A DNA stretch of 64,000 nucleotides from Gammaproteobacteria bacterium (GCA_965247265.1 OZ252002.1:2108863-2172862), one strand, 5' to 3'; positions 11,668-23,892 are shown, numbered from the stretch's first letter. Notes: a model not told the origin generated them from the sequence alone. Numbers and translations are program-made.

Positions 11668-12129
11668 CTAATGATTTACCAATTCGATATAGCTTTTCGG
11701 CGGATCTTGCAGCTGGAACGTCATTTCGGTTTTAATTTCCTCAATTGTAACATCATCACCCCGTTCAATTTGATTGTACTCAAACCGATCTTTTTTTACT
11801 GAATAAACTTTATAGACAATTTTCAAGTCTTCTTCATATATTTCGTAATACTTACCATTTTCAAAATCCCAACTCCCCGTTTGTGTTGTATGTTCAAATT
11901 CTTTATTTCCATCATGAACAAGCAGGTAACTGACTTCAAAAGACCCGTCTTGACTACGCACCATTTTCCAAGACTCATCCCATCCTTGATCATCGCCCTC
12001 CCCGTATTTACCTGCACCACGCCAAACTCCGATCAGCGCAGATTTTGCCTTACTATCATTATCTTTTAATTCAGGATTATTAGAACAAGAAACAAAAATT
12101 AAAAATGATATAACTAAAATATATTTCAT
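11668..12129 (-). CDS. lipoprotein, function unknown
   Basis: signal peptide followed by lipobox 'VSC'. Confidence 0.4.
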   Translation of the reverse strand: MKYILVISFLIFVSCSNNPELKDNDSKAKSALIGVWRGAGKYGEGDDQGWDESWKMVRSQDGSFEVSYLLVHDGNKEFEHTTQTGSWDFENGKYYEIYEEDLKIVYKVYSVKKDRFEYNQIERGDDVTIEEIKTEMTFQLQDPPKSYIELVNH

Positions 12130-12680
12130 GTATGAAACTGAAGATCTTTTGAGTTATTATTCAAATTCTTTAACACTTTAAACCAATGTACTATATCATC
12201 TAATGAATACGCTGCATTAGCAGGACTGGTGTTTGGGGACACAAAAATTATCGAATTTTTTAGCTTAATGTTCTGCTTTCCCCAGTCTAAATTTAATGAA
12301 TAATGTTCTGCATATTTTAAATAGTTTTTTGCTGCAACCTTGCCATGAAACCAGCAGATTTTTGGTGCATATTTTTCAATTTTAATTTTCAATAAAGGCG
12401 CCCATTTTATATAGTCTGCGCTACACAAGTCTTTCCCCATTGAAGAGTGTCTTTTAACCACATCAGTAAAACCTATCTTGTACTCGTTGAATATTTTCTT
12501 ATGTGCTTCTGCTGAGGGTGTCACTTTTTCAGCGATTAGCTCGCTTTTATCAAGAGCACTCCAAAACCGATTACGCGGATTGGCAAAGTAATACCCCTTC
12601 TCAACAGATATTGTTGAGGGGTTGAGCCCAATTGACAGTATCTCCAGACCATAATCGATATAATCAGGAAGTGTATTCAT
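12126..12680 (-). CDS. mug: G/U mismatch-specific DNA glycosylase (UDG family 2)
   Basis: 'ILSIGLNPS...GYYFANPRNRFW' Mug/TDG active-site motif. Confidence 0.75.
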   Translation of the reverse strand: MNTLPDYIDYGLEILSIGLNPSTISVEKGYYFANPRNRFWSALDKSELIAEKVTPSAEAHKKIFNEYKIGFTDVVKRHSSMGKDLCSADYIKWAPLLKIKIEKYAPKICWFHGKVAAKNYLKYAEHYSLNLDWGKQNIKLKNSIIFVSPNTSPANAAYSLDDIVHWFKVLKNLNNNSKDLQFHT

Positions 12681-12693
12681 ATGTGTTGGGCTA

Positions 12694-13266
12694 TTACATT
12701 TTATACGGCTGTTGCGCTTGATCCATTTCAGGCATCGTCAACATTCTTTGATCTTTCGGTTTATTCAATTCAATTTGTAAATACTGCACTCGATCTAAAA
12801 TTGTAGGTGGTTTTTCAGCTTGGTTTCTAAGAAACCTTGTGATCCAACTCGGACCATTTGCCAACTTTGGATTAAGCTGAATCGCTGTTTGATAGTCTTT
12901 GATGGCTGCATCATAATTTTTATTGCGATCATGCAAAATACCACGATTTGCATAGCTACCTGCAAACGTCGGCTCAAGCTCAATTATTTCATTATATAAT
13001 TTAAGTGACTCGTCATATTGATCGAGCTGCATTAATGATCTAGCAACTCCTCTTTTAGCATGAATATGTGATGAAATTTCTAATACAGCTTTACGGTAGC
13101 TTAAAAGTGCTTGCTCATATAAGCCATCTTCAAAATATTTATTCGCTGCGTAATACGCATTATCTCTTGCTGCGTTCTCGCGTATGGCACCATCGTATAT
13201 CGACCACGTAATCCATGCTATAGATAACAACAAGGCAAAACGCATTAATATTTTGTAAGATTCCAT
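12694..13266 (-). CDS. TPR-repeat protein with N-terminal transmembrane anchor
   Basis: several 34-aa TPR-like repeats. Confidence 0.55.
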   Translation of the reverse strand: MESYKILMRFALLLSIAWITWSIYDGAIRENAARDNAYYAANKYFEDGLYEQALLSYRKAVLEISSHIHAKRGVARSLMQLDQYDESLKLYNEIIELEPTFAGSYANRGILHDRNKNYDAAIKDYQTAIQLNPKLANGPSWITRFLRNQAEKPPTILDRVQYLQIELNKPKDQRMLTMPEMDQAQQPYKM

Positions 13267-13499
13267 CAGGGTCGTACACCTATACTTATGCAGAATAGAT
13301 ATGAAAATACTAAAACGACGATTGCAGCAATAACTCTTGCTCGTTTTAGTTGATGCTGTAAATTAGAAGATGTGAGCGTAGCGTTAGTTTTATGTTCTAT
13401 TCGCCTAACGCTAAATATCCAAATTAATTTAGTGACCGGAAAAAACAGCAACATTGCTAATATTAAAAATGAAACTAGAAAATACACATTCATTGCCAA
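13266..13499 (-). CDS. small membrane protein (DUF4212-like) coupled to the symporter gene
   Basis: 77 aa with two transmembrane segments, immediately upstream of the SSS transporter; this pairing is typical. Confidence 0.45.
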   Translation of the reverse strand: MAMNVYFLVSFLILAMLLFFPVTKLIWIFSVRRIEHKTNATLTSSNLQHQLKRARVIAAIVVLVFSYLFCISIGVRP

Positions 13500-13543
13500 C
13501 TAAGTAAATTTCACACTTATTCAATCTAAAGATGACAAACTTA

Positions 13544-15499
13544 TTACATTATTTCACTAGCCGTGGGCTGCTTAATATCTCCAATATCTTCGTGCAATAC
13601 AGAAACTTCTTTTTCAGGCACTTTAGACAATTCCATTTTATAGGCCAAGAACCACATCATAAATACACCTAGCGCCCACCACATGAGTTGCCACGCCCAA
13701 ATAGAGGGCATTCCAAATATCCAAGTATTGGTATCATTTGGATTGCCAAAAATGGTATTACCAATCACAGCGCCAGGACCAATTCCAAAAAAGAACCAAA
13801 CAAGTGTAATAAGCCATGCAATGGGGATTAAACCGCGTTTACGATCAGGCAATGAAGCATGCTCTCGTAAAAACGTATGAAATTTTAATTTGTGCGACAT
13901 TTCGTTAGCGGTTTGTGTGAACATTGAAACAATAATTGCTAAACCAAAATTAAAAAAGATTCCCCATCCCGCAGAATGAATAGTCATTGGCCATCTGCCC
14001 CATGGCATGAATTGTGAACCAATACTTTCGGTTAGTGTTACAGCAATAAGCCCTGCAATAAGTCCTATTACAATGCCTTGGCGCGTCAGCCACGGCCACC
14101 AACATACTGCGATTAAGGCAGGCCACATTTGAAAGCCATAGGCCACTGCAAGACCACCTAGCAGAACCAATGCATCCTTGCTTGTTGTTGCTACCACTAA
14201 AGCAGCAATGACAATCACTGCAACAAAAATGCGACCCCAGAGTTTTTGCTGAGAATGTGAAGCATCAGGAATGATATAGCGCTTCAATACGTCACGTGTA
14301 ATCATGCCTCCTGCCGTCGACATATATGCCGCACCTGTCGATTGCATGGCAGCTAGTGCACACACTGCAAGTAAGCCCACAAACCAAGGTGCTGTGTCTC
14401 CAAGCAAATGAATCAATTGCGGCACCAGCATCCCTTGTTTACCTGCAGATTCCATCAAGTCTTTACCTTGCAATCCCGCTGCCATTACATTGTTAACGAA
14501 TTCGGGATGTGCTTCGAGAAATTTCAAATCACCGCCCAAAAAGTGCCCGCCTAATCCTTGAAAGGCTGTAAACACCATAAGTATGAATCCAATTCCAAAT
14601 GACGAAGCCCAAACTTGTTGTGGAGCAAAAGGCTTAGGATCATTATTAGAAAACGCCCACATAGAAAATGCAGGTGCCGATTGAATACCCATCAGTGCAA
14701 ACATGTACGTCAAGATCATAATCCCTGTCCATGCACCACCTGTTGCGGATGGACCATTACTGACGAATTGAATCACACCGGGTATCGCCACATAGTGGCT
14801 AAAATCATCAGGCGTGCGCTTATCATCCATTGCTGCTAATGCACCAATAGCCTCATTAAGTCGCTCAAATCCCCCAACAAAATTTACAGCGATGATGCCA
14901 ATCGCAATTATTCCAAAGGCAAGTAAAATTGCTTGCAAAGTATCGACATAAGCCACTGCACGTAATCCACCCGATGCTACATAAATGAGCACGACTGCAG
15001 AAAGCAGCCACATTCCGATGTTTACATCAAGTAAGCCATCAGTAAGCACATTAAATAAGAATCCTGATGCACGCAACTGCACGCCTAGATATGGAATTGA
15101 AAATACCAAAGCAACAAGCACAACCAGTAGGCGTATGGCATCAGATTTAAAATAGGTAGAAAGCATTTCACCCGGTGTTACAAATCCAAAATGCTTACCC
15201 AATATCCACTGGCGCTTTAAAAATATGATTCCGGTAAAGGGTATCGTGATTGCATAAAAAGAGGCATAAGCATATTGAAAACCATCTCGAAACAACAAGC
15301 CCGGATGACCCATAAAAGTCCAACCCGAAAAGGATGTCGCTGTCGCAGCTAATACAAACACCCAGATTGAAATTTTGCGGCCGGCAATAAAATAGTCACT
15401 GGCCGTTTTAGCAGACATTGCACCTTTCACACCCCAAAAAATGCAATAGGCCCAATACAGTATTACAAAGACAAAGAGCCAAACGATCTTAGCATCCAT
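13544..15499 (-). CDS. sodium:solute symporter family transporter
   Basis: 651 aa polytopic membrane protein with SSS-family motifs. Confidence 0.8.
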   Translation of the reverse strand: MDAKIVWLFVFVILYWAYCIFWGVKGAMSAKTASDYFIAGRKISIWVFVLAATATSFSGWTFMGHPGLLFRDGFQYAYASFYAITIPFTGIIFLKRQWILGKHFGFVTPGEMLSTYFKSDAIRLLVVLVALVFSIPYLGVQLRASGFLFNVLTDGLLDVNIGMWLLSAVVLIYVASGGLRAVAYVDTLQAILLAFGIIAIGIIAVNFVGGFERLNEAIGALAAMDDKRTPDDFSHYVAIPGVIQFVSNGPSATGGAWTGIMILTYMFALMGIQSAPAFSMWAFSNNDPKPFAPQQVWASSFGIGFILMVFTAFQGLGGHFLGGDLKFLEAHPEFVNNVMAAGLQGKDLMESAGKQGMLVPQLIHLLGDTAPWFVGLLAVCALAAMQSTGAAYMSTAGGMITRDVLKRYIIPDASHSQQKLWGRIFVAVIVIAALVVATTSKDALVLLGGLAVAYGFQMWPALIAVCWWPWLTRQGIVIGLIAGLIAVTLTESIGSQFMPWGRWPMTIHSAGWGIFFNFGLAIIVSMFTQTANEMSHKLKFHTFLREHASLPDRKRGLIPIAWLITLVWFFFGIGPGAVIGNTIFGNPNDTNTWIFGMPSIWAWQLMWWALGVFMMWFLAYKMELSKVPEKEVSVLHEDIGDIKQPTASEIM

Positions 15500-15620
15500 C
15501 GAGACTCCTCCATCGATTCCGTTTTTTTAATTATTGCTATAAGGTTAAGCTTTGACTAACCTAGTATCTAGGAAGATTGTCCCATATATAGAATAATCTT
15601 AGTTAAACTTTTACTATAAA

Positions 15621-16340
15621 ATGTCTGGTAATTTAGAAAAATTCACTATTAAACCCATGGAGCTTGGGCCCATGGAAAACTTTGTCTATTTGCTGATAGA
15701 TGAAGATACGAAATCAGCAGCTGTGGTAGATCCAGCCTGGGATGTGCCTGCAATTATTAATCGAGCTCAACAACTCAACGTAACAATTACAGACATATTA
15801 CTTACACATAGTCATCATGACCATATTAACGGACTAGAGGAATTACTGAGCCACTATGATGCAAATGTGCATTTGCTAAAAAGTGAAGCGACCTTCTGGG
15901 GCGCAGAATTAATAAAACCAAGTCTTCATCATGGCGGCGATTGTGTAAATTTTGGCAACACCGAAATAGAAGTGTTACATACACCTGGACATACGCCAGG
16001 CTCTGCATGTTATCGCGTCGGCAATGACTTAATAACCGGTGATACTTTATTTGTATTTGGCTGTGGCCGATGTGATTTGCATGGTGGTGATCCAGAATTA
16101 ATGCACACAACATTAAAGCGTTTTCGTGATGAACTACCTGAATCCATTATCATTCATCCAGGTCATCACTATGCAATTAAAAAAACATCCACCCTTGGTG
16201 AAGAAATTGAAGGTAATCCGTTTATGCACTTTACTGAAGTAGATCAATTTGTACGTTACCGAATGAAAATTCATGATCAAGTTAGAAACTCTCCTTACGC
16301 ACCGGTGAAAATAGAAGAGCTTGACTCTCAAGACATTTAA
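15621..16340 (+). CDS. MBL-fold metallo-hydrolase (glyoxalase II-like)
   Basis: 'THSHHDH' metal-binding motif. Confidence 0.75.
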   Translation: MSGNLEKFTIKPMELGPMENFVYLLIDEDTKSAAVVDPAWDVPAIINRAQQLNVTITDILLTHSHHDHINGLEELLSHYDANVHLLKSEATFWGAELIKPSLHHGGDCVNFGNTEIEVLHTPGHTPGSACYRVGNDLITGDTLFVFGCGRCDLHGGDPELMHTTLKRFRDELPESIIIHPGHHYAIKKTSTLGEEIEGNPFMHFTEVDQFVRYRMKIHDQVRNSPYAPVKIEELDSQDI

Positions 16341-16412
16341 ATCATCTCAACTTTAGAACAACACTACGCAAATTAGAATTTGTATACGGCCTTCCCCATC
16401 GTCATATACCTC

Positions 16413-16787
16413 TTACCTGGATGCAGCTTTTTTACTTAGCGCTATTAAAATGTCACTTATTTCACTTGCTGAACCTAAGTAAGGAGCTACTTTAATTTCA
16501 GTTTGCGGATGCATTAACTGCGCCTTCTCTAGTTCAGCGGGAATATCAGCTACAACGTGTCTACCTGCCGATAGAAAATACGGTAATACCGTTACACATG
16601 ATGCCCCTTGCTGCACACATGCAGAAACTCCATCTGGTATTGACGGATCAGCAAGCTCTAAAAACGCACATTGCACGATGCGACATTCATTTTGAGGACT
16701 TGACGCCAAAACCTGGGTCAGCGCAAGTACCTCTTCATTCGATGCCTGTCTGCTGCTCCCATGAGCGATTAATAACAATGCTTGCAT
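16413..16787 (-). CDS. CbiX/SirB-type small chelatase
   Basis: 124 aa; 'LLIAHGS' N-terminus of the CbiX small form. Confidence 0.55.
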   Translation of the reverse strand: MQALLLIAHGSSRQASNEEVLALTQVLASSPQNECRIVQCAFLELADPSIPDGVSACVQQGASCVTVLPYFLSAGRHVVADIPAELEKAQLMHPQTEIKVAPYLGSASEISDILIALSKKAASR

Positions 16788-16858
16788 AGTTGGATGCTAG
16801 CACAGCAGTTTCCAGTGCCCTATTAGCCAATGAGTAATTTTAAATTAATTATTTGGGC

Positions 16859-16894
16859 AAAAAAAACCCACGTCTTGATTGGGGTGATGTGGGT
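16859..16894 (-). terminator. candidate rho-independent terminator downstream of the PilZ gene
   Basis: stem ACCCAC...GTGGGT followed on the minus strand by an 8-T run (A8 on the plus strand at 16859-16866). Confidence 0.4.
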
Positions 16895-17057
16895 CAGTTT
16901 CAGAAGGAGAGAAACTACAGTGGTTATTATAGAACTTCGAGAAATTTGAGCTTTACAGCTTATCTGGTAAAATAGGCCGCTTAGTACAAGAGATTCAAAA
17001 AAGGGAACATCTCAGCCAAAAGACCACATTTTCAGTAGTTTATTAGGCTAAGTCGGC

Positions 17058-17402
17058 TTATTTTGCAGGTTTTAAGTCTGTTTTTTTATAGGTAACAAAT
17101 GCCGCACCGATTTGATCAGTTCTAACCACAATCCCTTTCATTCTGGCCATGCGTTTCACCGAGCCAAATTGACTCACTAATATGATTTCTACCTTACAGC
17201 CTTTTCCTAAATTATGATTTAGAAGCTCAACATATAGGCCTCCATCACTAATATTTCCTTTATTGCCTCGTAAAGCTGGATGACCTGAACGCTTGATGTA
17301 AACTTCGCCCTCAAGATTCTGTCTATCATTTCTGGGATAAAATGATTCGCGAAGCTTAGACTTTTTAGGTTTTCTGAATATACCAAACATAATGATTAAC
17401 AC
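17058..17402 (-). CDS. PilZ-domain protein
   Basis: 'RxxxR ... DxSxGG' ('SDGGLYV') c-di-GMP-binding signature. Confidence 0.5.
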   Translation of the reverse strand: MLIIMFGIFRKPKKSKLRESFYPRNDRQNLEGEVYIKRSGHPALRGNKGNISDGGLYVELLNHNLGKGCKVEIILVSQFGSVKRMARMKGIVVRTDQIGAAFVTYKKTDLKPAK

Positions 17403-17552
17403 TGAAGGTTCGACATGCCTTCATGAATTGTTCCAACTCATTTCTCCAATTAAATGAGTAAGTTAAATCCTAACCATAATGAACTCTAGGTAGCACTGAT
17501 AGCTCACAACGGATAATGAGCAGGTATTTTCAGCTAAATGGGAGTCCAGTAT

Positions 17553-17861
17553 TTATTTTCGCTGCATGGCGCTGTCACGAAATTCTCGCCAATTTGGCCC
17601 AAGTGCTGATTGTTTTTCAGGGTCATCCTTGTATTTTCTATGCATGTGCCGATAGATGAAATATGGAATATTTAATGTAAACGCTGCCAATATCATAAAC
17701 ATGGCACCAATTAGTACTGCGGCATTGCCTTTAACTTCTATACCATGCCACCAGAACACAATGGCAGCGACACATACAATTGCAATCGTTATATAGGTTA
17801 ATTTTCGACTCAGCTGGTGAAATTCCTCTTGTAAGAATTTTGTTAACTTACTTTTATTCAT
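17553..17861 (-). CDS. membrane protein, function unknown
   Basis: two transmembrane segments; overlaps the downstream rhomboid gene by 4 bp. Confidence 0.4.
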   Translation of the reverse strand: MNKSKLTKFLQEEFHQLSRKLTYITIAIVCVAAIVFWWHGIEVKGNAAVLIGAMFMILAAFTLNIPYFIYRHMHRKYKDDPEKQSALGPNWREFRDSAMQRK

Positions 17862-18445
17862 GAAACTATCTTTTTATTTTTATTAAAATTTTTACACACT
17901 ATACAAACGGCTAATACCAAACCTCCCAACGAACCAAACATATGTGCCTCAACTACTACCCGACCACCCGCTGTGAACTCACTTCCTGGTAATGGGCCAA
18001 ACCAAATTTCCCATACAATTTTAATAACCACGAGTATTAACAATCCGATAGAGAGCATGGACTTACCCTCGGCAATATCAAGAATTAACAACGTAACCAA
18101 GAGCCCATGTAGCGCACCTGATAGGCCCACATACCAATATATAGAAGGATTAAATAACCATAAACCTAGCGTAACGGCAATACTACTGAGTAACATTACT
18201 AGTAGTAGTTCTGTGAAGGATAATATAGATGGAAATAAGTAAAATATTGCAACGAGAGCCAAGGCATTTAATACAAGATGTCGCCAATTGAGGTGAATAA
18301 AATTACCCGTAATAAATCTCCACCATTGACCTGCCTCAATTTCAGGCCTAGCGTATTGCAACCAGTCTGCACCACTCTTCAGACTAAGCTGTGCTAATAG
18401 TGCAAGTATAAAAATTATAATTAAAAATAAATTATTTTTTATCAT
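17858..18445 (-). CDS. rhomboid-family intramembrane serine protease (rhombosortase-like)
   Basis: six transmembrane segments; 'GLSGALHGL' GxSG and a downstream His. Confidence 0.6.
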   Translation of the reverse strand: MIKNNLFLIIIFILALLAQLSLKSGADWLQYARPEIEAGQWWRFITGNFIHLNWRHLVLNALALVAIFYLFPSILSFTELLLVMLLSSIAVTLGLWLFNPSIYWYVGLSGALHGLLVTLLILDIAEGKSMLSIGLLILVVIKIVWEIWFGPLPGSEFTAGGRVVVEAHMFGSLGGLVLAVCIVCKNFNKNKKIVS

Positions 18446-18580
18446 AAACTTATACTAATTTTATAACTTTAATTATTAACTAATACTTTTCAAACTCAAA
18501 CTTAATTAAGTTGTCAAAATCCACAGTAGTACACTCTAAATTGAAGTACGGCATATTACATGAAGTGATGCGAGGACATT

Positions 18581-19075
18581 TTGAATAGAAGAGTTTTTTT
18601 AATTGGTATTGTTGGGTTTTCGGCGTTTACCGCACTGCAGTTTAAATCTAGCCATAATAAAATTAACATTCAAGCAGGGTCTCATATTACTAAATGGCAC
18701 CGTGATGAAGCGTTTTGGCAAGAAAGGCTTACACCCGCCCAATTTGCAATACTTCGTACTGGAGCAACTGAACCCCGCTATTCAAGTAAGTTAACAAAAC
18801 AAACAGCTATGGGGACGTATTATTGCATTGGTTGTGAATTAGAGCTGTTTACATCTGAAATGAAATACGACAGTCAAACCGGTTGGCCAAGCTTTATGGA
18901 CCATATAAAAGGCAATCTAGAAGTCTACACGGATTTTAAAAATATTTATCCAACTGCAGCCTATCGGTGTGCGCAGTGTGGCGGACACCATGGCCATTTA
19001 ATTATGGATGGACCTTTACCAACAGGACAGCGCTGGTGCAATAATGGACAAGCGTTAAGGTTCTTGCCTGCCTAA
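18581..19075 (+). CDS. msrB: peptide-methionine (R)-S-oxide reductase with an N-terminal twin-arginine signal
   Basis: 'NRRVFLIG' Tat-like signal, two CxxC zinc pairs, catalytic 'RWCNN'. Confidence 0.8.
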   Translation: MNRRVFLIGIVGFSAFTALQFKSSHNKINIQAGSHITKWHRDEAFWQERLTPAQFAILRTGATEPRYSSKLTKQTAMGTYYCIGCELELFTSEMKYDSQTGWPSFMDHIKGNLEVYTDFKNIYPTAAYRCAQCGGHHGHLIMDGPLPTGQRWCNNGQALRFLPA

Positions 19076-19434
19076 TATTTTATGAGTCAAAAAATACCAC
19101 CTTTAGAACATGCATATCGAGGGTTTACTCATGAAGACAAACATCAGGCACTGGTAACGTTTACACAACAAGCCAGCGCGCATTTTCCAGAAATTCTGGA
19201 TTCCGAACGTGACAAAGCTGCTATTAAAAATACATATAGATAATATTGAATCACATCTCAGCCGATCAAACCAAGATACACAAGCAATCATAAATGCCTT
19301 AAATTCGATCACAAATATCGCAGAAAAAAAGCAAACTGACATGCGCATTGCTCGATTACATCGACGAGTTAATAGAAATGATTAGCCCGCGGCAATAAAA
19401 ATAATTTTGTGTGATTTATTCAAACTTCTGCAAA

Positions 19435-20613
<1,179 letters not shown>

Positions 20614-20628
20614 TCACCCCTCACTAAA

Positions 20629-22785
20629 TTACGCATTTTGCGTATAATAAGTTTCATTGTTTTCAGCCCTAAACAGCAAAGAATCTGTTGGTTTATAGAT
20701 TGAACTGATATGTGCGTATTGATTTGCACGCTCACAAAAATTAATCAAACCAATATCATCGATGTATCTCAATGCGCCTCCGCGAAAACTTGGAAATGCA
20801 ATGCCTAGTATTAAGCCCATGTCCGCATCTAATGGATGATCTACAACACGATCATCTACACATCGGACTGTTTCCATGCACATTGGAATCATCATGCGAT
20901 CTATAATTTCTTCATCGCTAATCTCAATTGTGTTTGAACGAATGCTATCAAGTAGTTTTGTCGACACATTATCTATTAATTTATTCTGTTTACCTTTTTT
21001 ATCCAGCTTGTATTTATAAAACCCCTGACTATTTTTTTGACCCAATCGATTATTCTCATACATTAGATCTGAAGCTGTTTTGTATTCTTTAGCCATTCGA
21101 TCTGGGTATCCTGCTGCCATAACTTCTGATGCATGATGCGCAGTATCAATCCCTACGACATCTAATAAATAAGCAGGACCCATGGGCCAACCAAACTTTT
21201 CCATAACTTTGTCAATTCGATACACATCGATTCCCTCGCGCACTAATGCATCAAAACCTGAAAGATATGGAAATAGCACACGATTGACTAAAAAGCCTGG
21301 GCAATCATTAACTACAATGGGTGTTTTACCCATCGCCTTGGCATACGCCACTGTTGTAGCAACCGCTACCTCACTTGATCGTTCGCCACGAATGACTTCA
21401 ACTAATGGCATTCGGCAAACAGGGTTAAAAAAGTGCATACCGCAAAAACGTTCAGGGCTGCGCAAAGACTCAGACAGTTTTGTAATTGAAATTGTTGATG
21501 TGTTTGATGTAATAATGCAATCTTCATTCACATACTCTTCGACTTCGGCTAACACAGCAAATTTTATTTTTTCATTTTCTACAACAGCTTCAACCACCAA
21601 ATCGGCAACATTAAAATCGCCATAGCTCAAAGAAGTATCGATTTTGTTTAACGTCATAGGCACATTTTCTGCTTTGAGCTTACCGCGTTTCACTTGCTTC
21701 GCTAATAGTTTACTTGCTTCATTTAAACCAAGCTCTAACGCTTCAGATTTTATATCCTTCATCAAAACAGGTATGTCTTTACAGGCTGATTGATAGGCAA
21801 TTCCACCGCCCATTATGCCGGCACCCAATACTGCGGCATGCTTTACGGCTTGCGCACGTTTAATAATTTCTTTACTAACTTTTTTGATGCGCTGATCGTT
21901 TAAAAATAATCCAACTAAATTTCGTGCAACTCTTGTTTTGGCCAATTTTACAAATCCATTAGCTTCAATCTTCATTGCTTCATCACGCGACATCGTTGCG
22001 TGAAGTTGAACAGTTTCAACTGCTGCAATGGGTGCAGGATAATGTCGGCCTGCTTTTGCTGCAACAACTTCTTTTGCAGATTCAAATGCTAAGATGCTTT
22101 CTAGCTGATTAAGTCGCAATGGTTGGCGCTTTTCTTTTTTTCTAGACTGATAATCTAACTTTCCATCAAAACACTGGTTGATTATATGCAATGCAGCGGC
22201 AAGGAGTTGATCGTGACTTACTACTGAATCCACCGCGTGTTGTTTAAAAGCATCCTCTGCTGTTTTATCTTCACCAGTACAAATCCATTCTAACGCGTTA
22301 TCCGCACCAATAAGCCGAGGTAATCGAACTGTCCCTCCCCAACCTGGATAAATGCCTAACTTTACTTCTGGCAAACCAATACGTGCATTATTGGCCATTA
22401 CACGAAAATCTGTGCTTAGTGCAAGTTCGCACCCTCCACCCAGGGCATAACCGTTCACTATAGTGACAGTTGGAATTTGCAAATCTTCAATTCTGCTAAA
22501 TAATGATTGGGTGTTCTCGACCCATTGCAATAGTTCATTGTCAGGTAATTCAAAATAGCTTAAAAACTCAGTAACATCTGCGCCAACAATAAACACTTCT
22601 TTGTTGCTAGATATAATTAGTGCACAAAGTGCATCATTTTCTTCAACTGCATTAATAGCATCGTCTAATTCTTGAATTACAGTTCTGCTTAACGTATTTA
22701 CACTTGCATCCTCTAGGTCAAACACAAGGTGCGCGACAGACCTTTCAAGGATTTCAATGGATACGGCTTTACCTGAATAAAACAT
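20629..22785 (-). CDS. fadB: fatty-acid oxidation complex alpha subunit (enoyl-CoA hydratase / 3-hydroxyacyl-CoA dehydrogenase)
   Basis: 718 aa; crotonase fold plus 'GAGIMGGGIA' NAD-binding motif; directly upstream of fadA. Confidence 0.9.
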   Translation of the reverse strand: MFYSGKAVSIEILERSVAHLVFDLEDASVNTLSRTVIQELDDAINAVEENDALCALIISSNKEVFIVGADVTEFLSYFELPDNELLQWVENTQSLFSRIEDLQIPTVTIVNGYALGGGCELALSTDFRVMANNARIGLPEVKLGIYPGWGGTVRLPRLIGADNALEWICTGEDKTAEDAFKQHAVDSVVSHDQLLAAALHIINQCFDGKLDYQSRKKEKRQPLRLNQLESILAFESAKEVVAAKAGRHYPAPIAAVETVQLHATMSRDEAMKIEANGFVKLAKTRVARNLVGLFLNDQRIKKVSKEIIKRAQAVKHAAVLGAGIMGGGIAYQSACKDIPVLMKDIKSEALELGLNEASKLLAKQVKRGKLKAENVPMTLNKIDTSLSYGDFNVADLVVEAVVENEKIKFAVLAEVEEYVNEDCIITSNTSTISITKLSESLRSPERFCGMHFFNPVCRMPLVEVIRGERSSEVAVATTVAYAKAMGKTPIVVNDCPGFLVNRVLFPYLSGFDALVREGIDVYRIDKVMEKFGWPMGPAYLLDVVGIDTAHHASEVMAAGYPDRMAKEYKTASDLMYENNRLGQKNSQGFYKYKLDKKGKQNKLIDNVSTKLLDSIRSNTIEISDEEIIDRMMIPMCMETVRCVDDRVVDHPLDADMGLILGIAFPSFRGGALRYIDDIGLINFCERANQYAHISSIYKPTDSLLFRAENNETYYTQNA

Positions 22786-22900
22786 TGCTGGTATGAAAAG
22801 AGAATTAAACTTGTATTATTATTGAGCTCATTTTACTAACATTAACGCTAAATGCATAACATTAAACGATGACACACACATATAAAAGGTAATAATTATT

Positions 22901-23335
22901 ATGACGGAACTTACGCTCGAGCAAGCTAATAAGATTATTGAAGCCGCACATAATGAAGGAGAAACACGTAAACTGGCAGCACTGACTGTAGTTGTATTAG
23001 ATGCTGGCGGTCATATAAAAACAATATCACGAGCTGATGGTGCGAGCTTCATGAGACCGCAAATTGCAATGGCAAAAGCCTGGGGAGCAATTGGTGTTGG
23101 AGTATCTTCTCGAAAATTAGGCGAAATGGGAGAGGAACGCCCTATGTTTATGAATGCGCTGATTAATCTTTCTAACCAGAGACTCATGCCTGTGCCGGGT
23201 GGTGTTTTAATTAGAGGTCAACAAAATCAGCTGATTGGCTCAGTAGGCATTACTGGGGATTTATCTGATCAAGATGAGCATTGCGCAGTCGCCGGCATAC
23301 AAGCTGCCGGACTCATTGCAGATACAGGGAAATAA
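22901..23335 (+). CDS. GlcG/HbpS-like (DUF336) haem-binding protein
   Basis: 144 aa DUF336 fold signature. Confidence 0.55.
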   Translation: MTELTLEQANKIIEAAHNEGETRKLAALTVVVLDAGGHIKTISRADGASFMRPQIAMAKAWGAIGVGVSSRKLGEMGEERPMFMNALINLSNQRLMPVPGGVLIRGQQNQLIGSVGITGDLSDQDEHCAVAGIQAAGLIADTGK

Positions 23336-23338
23336 TTT

Positions 23339-23569
23339 CTAATGTATTTTGTGATCGTAATCTGAAATATCATCAATATCGATTTTTTTAGATCGACGTT
23401 GCGAACGGCGTCTATCTCTAGCTACGACATTGCCATCACTATCAACAAGCGGAAATTCTTTTGCTTCTTGACATCTTCGATCAATGCCCGTTCGCGGATC
23501 TTCCGTGGTTGGAGTTGAATCAAGCTCTTCAATAATCTCTTTGATCGTATTGTCAAATTTATCATTCAT
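23339..23569 (-). CDS. small acidic/basic hypothetical protein
   Basis: ORF only. Confidence 0.3.
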   Translation of the reverse strand: MNDKFDNTIKEIIEELDSTPTTEDPRTGIDRRCQEAKEFPLVDSDGNVVARDRRRSQRRSKKIDIDDISDYDHKIH

Positions 23570-23892
23570 GCTCGATTAACCCGAAATTGCAGACAAACAT
23601 ATAATTGCATAATTCATTTGTGGAATTTGAGCATTAGCTCAGATAATGCACAATTATTAATTAAACCTATAAAAAAGAGATAGTTACATATTGTAAATTG
23701 CAAGTAATATGAATTGCCATTATGAATTAAGTCGAAACAAACCAGCTAATAGGACTATTAAGATAATCGACTAGTAAGCACGACAAAATCATACTGTAAT
23801 TACTCATCAATCTTGGCTCAGTAATGATCAAATTAATTAATTAATTTTTATTTGTTAATTAATTAAACTGCATTTTTTATTAGGAGAAATGA

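Noticed and set aside
19103-19348. ORF 19103..19348 (-) 81 aa Cys/Phe-rich
   Set aside because: It is antisense to a better plus-strand small ORF, with no RBS; the composition looks like AT-rich shadow translation.
23570-23892. Possible riboswitch upstream of sat (ATP sulfurylase)
   Set aside because: No conserved riboswitch core could be recognised by eye (e.g. SAM-I/II); there is only an AT-rich palindrome, TTAATTAATTAA. A covariance-model search would be needed.
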